This document shows, one piece after another, positions 58,824 through 64,000 of a DNA stretch of 64,000 bases. Every line of letters starts with the position of its first letter. Position 1 is the stretch's first letter. Under the pieces are notes generated by a model. It did no database searches. It was not told where the DNA came from and saw nothing but the letters and a program-made list of their open reading frames with translations. Made by a program: the position numbers and the translations under genes. The DNA is from a virus (lineage: Duplodnaviria; Heunggongvirae; Uroviricota; Caudoviricetes), in the IMG/VR virus record IMGVR_UViG_3300027963_000034, positions 122,552-186,551 of that record; one strand, 5' to 3'.

Positions 58824-59918
58824 TTATTTTATTTGAAATGTATTTTTATCATCAAATATATAATCTATCCCGTCTATTTCAATTTTAGTTTTTATTTTAT
58901 AAACTCTGTCAATTGGCAATGTATTCAAATCCATAACAAAATAATTACTGATAGAATCGCAACTTATTTTAGTATATTCTCCAAACGGGTATACAATTTC
59001 ACCAGTTAAATAATCTTCTAATTGATAATAAGAAGATGTTGGTAAATAATTTATGCTATTGGGAATAAAAGTATTAGAAAAGGATTTTAATGGATATAAA
59101 TCGCCTCCTTTTACTCTAATTTTTATTTTACTATTTGCATCATATTTAGTTTTTAAATTAGTCAAAACTACTTTAAAATTTTCAGAAGGAATAGATGTCA
59201 ATGAACCTGTTATAAACGAAACATCACTCCAAACTAATTCTAATTTTGGTTCATATATTGTATGTGTTTCTTTTGAAAAGAATTTAAGCACACCATAATC
59301 AGTACCATCATTTACGGATGCTGATTCGTGGTGATGTATTATAAATCCATTATTATCCATAGTACCACTAACCCATAATTTAACTATTTTGGTAACATCC
59401 ATTCTAACATCATCCGATTCATAATTAAATGATTGTGATGCAGACCCACTCAAATACCAAACCGCACCCTCTGCATTATTTGAACCCGTTGTTGTATTAC
59501 CGGTTGTTGGATATACTGCAGTACCACCGGTTGTATCATAATCAACCCATTTGGTTTCAGTCAAACCATTTCTATATTTCCAAGTAACACCATCATATGT
59601 TACATTATCAAATTTAGTTCCGGTACCCATTACCCAACTAGAAGATACTGCATTTGCATATATTGTATATTCTACGGGTATTTCTTCGGAGTTTGCCGCC
59701 TTTAAATTTAAAAATACCTTATAACTACCCGTTCCTACATTGCTTGCTATTGATTTAGAAACATCTGTTATTGGAAATTTAATTAAAGTTCTAGCTATAT
59801 CCATAGTAGACCCATAATAAAGTTTACCTACTTCTAATATCTCATCTCTACCGGTATTTTGTTCAGGTTGTTGAAGATATATACTTGCATCGTATGATGC
59901 TGTGAAAAATTTATGCAT
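58824..59918 (-). CDS. DNRLRE-like beta-sandwich virion protein
   Basis: DASIY...NTG.DEILEVG...RTLIKF...PKLELVW pattern. Confidence 0.55.
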   Translation of the reverse strand: MHKFFTASYDASIYLQQPEQNTGRDEILEVGKLYYGSTMDIARTLIKFPITDVSKSIASNVGTGSYKVFLNLKAANSEEIPVEYTIYANAVSSSWVMGTGTKFDNVTYDGVTWKYRNGLTETKWVDYDTTGGTAVYPTTGNTTTGSNNAEGAVWYLSGSASQSFNYESDDVRMDVTKIVKLWVSGTMDNNGFIIHHHESASVNDGTDYGVLKFFSKETHTIYEPKLELVWSDVSFITGSLTSIPSENFKVVLTNLKTKYDANSKIKIRVKGGDLYPLKSFSNTFIPNSINYLPTSSYYQLEDYLTGEIVYPFGEYTKISCDSISNYFVMDLNTLPIDRVYKIKTKIEIDGIDYIFDDKNTFQIK

Positions 59919-61945
59919 TATAAGGCCCTCCCTTTAATATCTTTGTTAGGAAATTTAACTTCAAAAACGCAAGGGTCTAAAGAAGGATATACAATCTTCC
60001 CTTTTGTTGCTTCATCTATATTATATTTGTTTGGAGAATAATTACCATCCCCCGCACATAAGTTTTTAATTTTAACCGATGGTACACTCATAACTCCTTC
60101 TACATTGGCAAGTATCAATTCAATTTCAGAAATATTAATTGGTTTATTAAATGTCCAATTATCTATACTAAAATGGTCTTGTATAAATGTTAAACAATTT
60201 GCTAACACCTCTCTTTTATTATAGTTTGAATAACATATAATTTCAAAATCAACACCAATGTTTACAATAAATCCATCAATCATATTAACCGCGTCAGTTA
60301 ACATTCTATATTCACCTAAATAAGTTTTAAGATTTTGTTTAACGGCTTGATTTAATTGAGTAAGGTTTTTATTATCATCATATCCCAAAACATACATATT
60401 AATAGCAAATGGGTTGTTTACTTCCGAAATAGCAGTTCTTTTATTTGAAAGATATTTAACCAATTCTTTTTGAATTTCAGATTTAGCCATTCCTTTCATA
60501 GAATCTACCAAATTAGTAAATTCGGCAATATTATTAGGACTAGCTAAAATAGATGCAGGGGAATTATTATCAATTTCACCATCCGGACTAACATATACTT
60601 TTGCAACACTACCATATCTTGCTGGCATACTCAAAGCTCTTACAATATAATCTTGTCTTGTTACAGCTCTATTTTGTGAACCAAAAGTGGCCAATGCGTT
60701 TTGTCTAATTTCTTCAATTGATTCACCACCTCTACCACCAACAGCAGGTTCTATATTTTCAACTGCTATTGTTGTTTTTGCCTGATTATAAACTCTTAGA
60801 TTATCATCACTTAATGATAATAAATCTTCTTCATATTCTATATTAATAATACTAACCAAATCTCCAGTATTTACATTTGCTTCAATTCCACCACCTACTA
60901 AATATTTTACTTTTAATGTTGTATTTGTAGGTGCTATACCAAATGTATTTGTTTTCAAAAAATTAGAAGGGTCAATACCTTGATTCAATCTATTAACTGA
61001 ATTAGCCAATCCTAATCCTACATTTTTTGTATTGGGTAATATTTGTTCATCATTCATAGAGGTATCCCCACTTCCAAATTGTAAATCCATAGTGTTATTT
61101 GAATTAACTTTTACACTAAATCTTCTAGGTACTTTTTGTACTTCTAAAATATATGGAACTTCCGATGATTTTGAATTTAAATCAGAATTTGTATTACTTG
61201 AAATATTAGCCTGTTCTACAAATACGCTTTCTTGTGCCAAATAAGGTACTTCATAATATTTGTTATTATTAGAATCGGTAACGGAAACTATTTGTATTAT
61301 ATCACTATCGGATAAAGAAACCGATGGATAATCAACATCACTTCCCATTATAAAAGATGTTTCTACTTGAGTAGCAGATATTGCCTTTACTAATTTACTA
61401 ATAAGATATTGTGTTGGAGCGCCGGTTGAATCTCTTTCATATACATCAATTTCTCTATCAATTGGATTTTCAAAATCAACAGAATCGGTTGTTCTAAATA
61501 TTATATTAGAATTCGATGTTGATTTTATTTCCATTCCATCTTTAATTTTTAAATAAAATCTAGAATCAGGTTCTAAATTACCTCCATTATTTTTTGAAGG
61601 TACTATTTGATAAACCTTTATAGTTGTAGCAGCGGGTGCAGATAACTTTGGTTTATATCCCATAGATTGCGCAATTGATACCACATTTTTTCTTTCGCTA
61701 GCATTTGCTAACATTGATTCTTTTAATTGGGTATCCTGATAAAAAGAAAGAACATCTCCAACATATGAAGCCATATCAATGAATATGTTTCCAGGTGATG
61801 CATCTGAAAAATCCGAATAATTATCCGGAAAATATGTTTTTGCAAAATTAACTAGATTTTCTTTAAATGCGGTAAAATCTTTACCTACATAATTTATTTC
61901 TTTATTATTATTGCCCCAAGTTTTATTTAAAGATTTAATTGCCAT
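59918..61945 (-). CDS. gp6: Baseplate wedge protein, gp6/baseplate J-like
   Basis: DF..FKENL.., YVGDVLSFYQD, GGESIEEIR and QNRAVTRQDY. Confidence 0.9.
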   Translation of the reverse strand: MAIKSLNKTWGNNNKEINYVGKDFTAFKENLVNFAKTYFPDNYSDFSDASPGNIFIDMASYVGDVLSFYQDTQLKESMLANASERKNVVSIAQSMGYKPKLSAPAATTIKVYQIVPSKNNGGNLEPDSRFYLKIKDGMEIKSTSNSNIIFRTTDSVDFENPIDREIDVYERDSTGAPTQYLISKLVKAISATQVETSFIMGSDVDYPSVSLSDSDIIQIVSVTDSNNNKYYEVPYLAQESVFVEQANISSNTNSDLNSKSSEVPYILEVQKVPRRFSVKVNSNNTMDLQFGSGDTSMNDEQILPNTKNVGLGLANSVNRLNQGIDPSNFLKTNTFGIAPTNTTLKVKYLVGGGIEANVNTGDLVSIINIEYEEDLLSLSDDNLRVYNQAKTTIAVENIEPAVGGRGGESIEEIRQNALATFGSQNRAVTRQDYIVRALSMPARYGSVAKVYVSPDGEIDNNSPASILASPNNIAEFTNLVDSMKGMAKSEIQKELVKYLSNKRTAISEVNNPFAINMYVLGYDDNKNLTQLNQAVKQNLKTYLGEYRMLTDAVNMIDGFIVNIGVDFEIICYSNYNKREVLANCLTFIQDHFSIDNWTFNKPINISEIELILANVEGVMSVPSVKIKNLCAGDGNYSPNKYNIDEATKGKIVYPSLDPCVFEVKFPNKDIKGRAL

Positions 61946-61951
61946 TTTATG

Positions 61952-62386
61952 TTATTCTTTTATTGATACTTCTATACTATCTGTTATGTCCGGATTTGAT
62001 TTTAATGAAAAAACTATATTAAAATTAATTATATGGTTATCCATATCGTTTTCAGTAAAATCAAAAACAATTTCATCTATATTAACTTCTGGAATCCAAT
62101 AGTTTACTGCCTGCTCAATTGCCGCTTCTATTTTATTTTCAATTTGTCCTTCAATTATTGGTTCAAATAAAACTTTATGAATATCGCATCCGAATAATGG
62201 ATTCATTATTCTTTCTCCTTTCTTTGTTAATATTAAGTTTTTAATATTTTCTGCATATTGTTTTCTTGTGGAATAATTTTTTTGAAATATTCCATCTTTA
62301 TCTGAATTAGAAAATCCGATACTTAAACCTTTATGTTGGTTTTGTATTAAATCTTTTACGGATATTTTTCCTAATTCTATTGCCAT
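61952..62386 (-). CDS. gp25: Baseplate wedge protein, gp25-like
   Basis: NLILTKKGERIMNPLFGC...FEP...WIPEV. Confidence 0.9.
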   Translation of the reverse strand: MAIELGKISVKDLIQNQHKGLSIGFSNSDKDGIFQKNYSTRKQYAENIKNLILTKKGERIMNPLFGCDIHKVLFEPIIEGQIENKIEAAIEQAVNYWIPEVNIDEIVFDFTENDMDNHIINFNIVFSLKSNPDITDSIEVSIKE

Positions 62387-62907
62387 TATTTAAATCTCTT
62401 TACTAATTCCGAATAATCTCTTGTCAATGCTTTTATTGTTGCATCTTGCAACCCATCCCCAGTGGATTCTAGTTGTTGTGGAATATTTTGAGGTATAGAT
62501 GATACTTCTCTATAATCCATTGTCTCCCAATCTCCCTCCATAGTTTGTTGTGGTTGTAACATATCTAATACACTACCACCACTAACGCCTAATGCAGCTG
62601 TATTTCCTTCTGCTCTATGTGCAGAGGTAAATGGTTGGGTCATATTTAAAATCTCATTTATCATTGGGTCTTTTGAAAATTCTTTTTGTGGTCTTTGAAC
62701 GGGCTGTTCGTATACAGGTTGTTTTCTTTTAACCGGTGTAGAATTAACTTCCGTCATCTCTCTTAACGATGGAGTAGATGTTTTCTTTTGCGAGTTTAAT
62801 GTAACTGCACCAGATTTTATAAGTTTAACAAGTTCTTCTTTTACTTGTAACTTAACTTCGTTTTTAACAACTTCTTTAATTAAAGTTAATAAAATGTCTG
62901 ATTTCAT
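62386..62907 (-). CDS. Hypothetical protein
   Basis: 173 aa; 1-bp overlap with gp25; late-type motif upstream. Confidence 0.6.
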   Translation of the reverse strand: MKSDILLTLIKEVVKNEVKLQVKEELVKLIKSGAVTLNSQKKTSTPSLREMTEVNSTPVKRKQPVYEQPVQRPQKEFSKDPMINEILNMTQPFTSAHRAEGNTAALGVSGGSVLDMLQPQQTMEGDWETMDYREVSSIPQNIPQQLESTGDGLQDATIKALTRDYSELVKRFK

Positions 62908-62956
62908 AATAATTGTTTATATGTTTTTAATAATAAATATTGTATTTAAATTTTAT

Positions 62957-64000
62957 TTAGTTACCTCCACCAAGTATACCAGGTTGTGATATAGGAGTTC
63001 CAGCCGCAGTAGTCGTTGGTGATGCTTCTGATGATTTTGAATCGTTTCCGTATGGAATTGGCGCGCCACCCGCAATGGTAGATGTTAAATCAGTACCAGC
63101 CTTTACACTAATCATCGCTGCTATATCGGTAACAAGTCCGGTACCCTCTCCAACTGCGTAATTTACTGCCATAGGTAATAATTCTTCTGCAATTTCTTTA
63201 GGAGAAAGTTTCCAAGGTAAATCTGATAATGGATTTAAAGGTGGAATTGCGAATGGTTTTGTAAAATACCCAACCCAGGGTGTTATCCAAAATGGAATTG
63301 GTAATCCAGTTACGGATGTTTTATGACGAGTAAAATGCAATCCAGCAACGGATAATAAATGAAAATTTGCATTTATAATAAAATTCATAAGCCAAGTATC
63401 TACATTACCAATTGGAAACATTGGTTGTGTTGGGAAGATTCCAGGAAATACACAAAAACTCATATATGTAGAATCTCCATAAGTTGATAATGCAGGTGGG
63501 AATACGAAAATTGGTGCTTTTGATTTATCCATTTGTCTACCCATCCACCATAATTGTATACCTGCACCTACTTTTTGTAATAAATCTCCATTAGGACTAA
63601 ATTTATTTGCTTCTATTGTAGTTGCCAAATATGCTGCAATTGCTTCATTTAATCCATAATTTATTAAAGCAGCAACATTATCACCTTTTACCGAAAACTT
63701 TTTTCTTGTTCCACCCGGTGGCTTTCTAAATTGAAAATATGAACTAGAAAATCCACCCGCAGCTACATTTAGTAATCCAGGAAACATAACATTCCCACTA
63801 ACTATAACTTGTTCATATTGTTCTAAAAATTCTCTTACCCACTCTTCGGTTTCCAACCAATTTAAAACGTGTTCTGCTCCAGATAAACGTTTAGCTCCTT
63901 CCGTTTCTTTTGATTCGTTTACAATTCCTTCCGCTACTTTTTTTACCTCTCCTTTTAAAGCTTTTTTACCATGTTTTATTATTTCTTTAAAATTTACTGC
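62957..64000 (-). CDS. Hypothetical baseplate-region protein (C-terminal part; open to window end)
   Basis: The track start at 63856 is an in-frame TTG; the frame stays open for 48 more codons (AVNFKEIIKHG...LNW) to base 64000. Confidence 0.65.
   Translation of the reverse strand, partial: AVNFKEIIKHGKKALKGEVKKVAEGIVNESKETEGAKRLSGAEHVLNWLETEEWVREFLEQYEQVIVSGNVMFPGLLNVAAGGFSSSYFQFRKPPGGTRKKFSVKGDNVAALINYGLNEAIAAYLATTIEANKFSPNGDLLQKVGAGIQLWWMGRQMDKSKAPIFVFPPALSTYGDSTYMSFCVFPGIFPTQPMFPIGNVDTWLMNFIINANFHLLSVAGLHFTRHKTSVTGLPIPFWITPWVGYFTKPFAIPPLNPLSDLPWKLSPKEIAEELLPMAVNYAVGEGTGLVTDIAAMISVKAGTDLTSTIAGGAPIPYGNDSKSSEASPTTTAAGTPISQPGILGGGN

Noticed and set aside
1076-59298. The many plus-strand ORFs of 60-165 aa in the track, plus short nested minus-strand ORFs (17511, 26006, 40053)
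   Set aside because: They are antisense or alternate-frame shadows of long, motif-bearing genes and have Ser/Phe/Ile-biased nonsense composition. Only 42708..42893 lies in a gap and has its own upstream signals.
63856-63856. Track start of the last ORF (METEEW)
   Set aside because: It is an internal TTG; the frame is open to the window edge.
1-64000. Stop-codon reassignment (alternative genetic code)
   Set aside because: Conserved genes (portal, terminase, protease, gp6) are full length under the standard code, and TAG serves as a normal stop (bS21, 2242 gene, gp6-region).
1-64000. CRISPR array, tRNA or rRNA genes
   Set aside because: Coding density leaves only one gap over 150 bp. No repeat-spacer pattern or cloverleaf with a T-loop was seen, and the repeats found are in-frame coding repeats.

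Overview
Segment of a very AT-rich, large T4-like myovirus genome, almost entirely coded on the minus strand. The host is probably a Bacteroidota: there is a canonical TTTG-N20-TAnnTTTG promoter, most start regions lack a Shine-Dalgarno sequence, and the bS21 is Bacteroidota-like. In transcription order the window holds: (1) a baseplate/tail block (gp25, gp6, gp7-like and others; 47.4-64 kb); (2) a small replication/recombination island (endonuclease I-like, primase, fused Mre11-Rad50) plus the only plus-strand gene, a ribbon-helix-helix protein; (3) a Ser-rich tail fibre with an S74 chaperone, followed with almost no gaps by a ~22 kb glycan biosynthesis and transfer cluster (GT4, GT2, three GT7-LamG fusions, methyltransferase, two radical SAM, TPP E1 alpha/beta, RmlC, three SDR epimerases, three SGNH, three GT10-like); (4) a 1472-aa multidomain protein (HIGH nucleotidyltransferase, zincin, RNA-ligase-like); (5) the head block (terminase, portal, protease, scaffold, major capsid) with a ribosomal protein bS21 gene missing from the ORF track. 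The strongest leads are a putative phage-encoded virion glycosylation system, a possible protease-processed head polyprotein, and a 20-bp operator-like element shared by the RHH gene and the scaffold/capsid genes. No tRNA, CRISPR array or mobile element was found. All family assignments come from motif reading by eye, with no database search.
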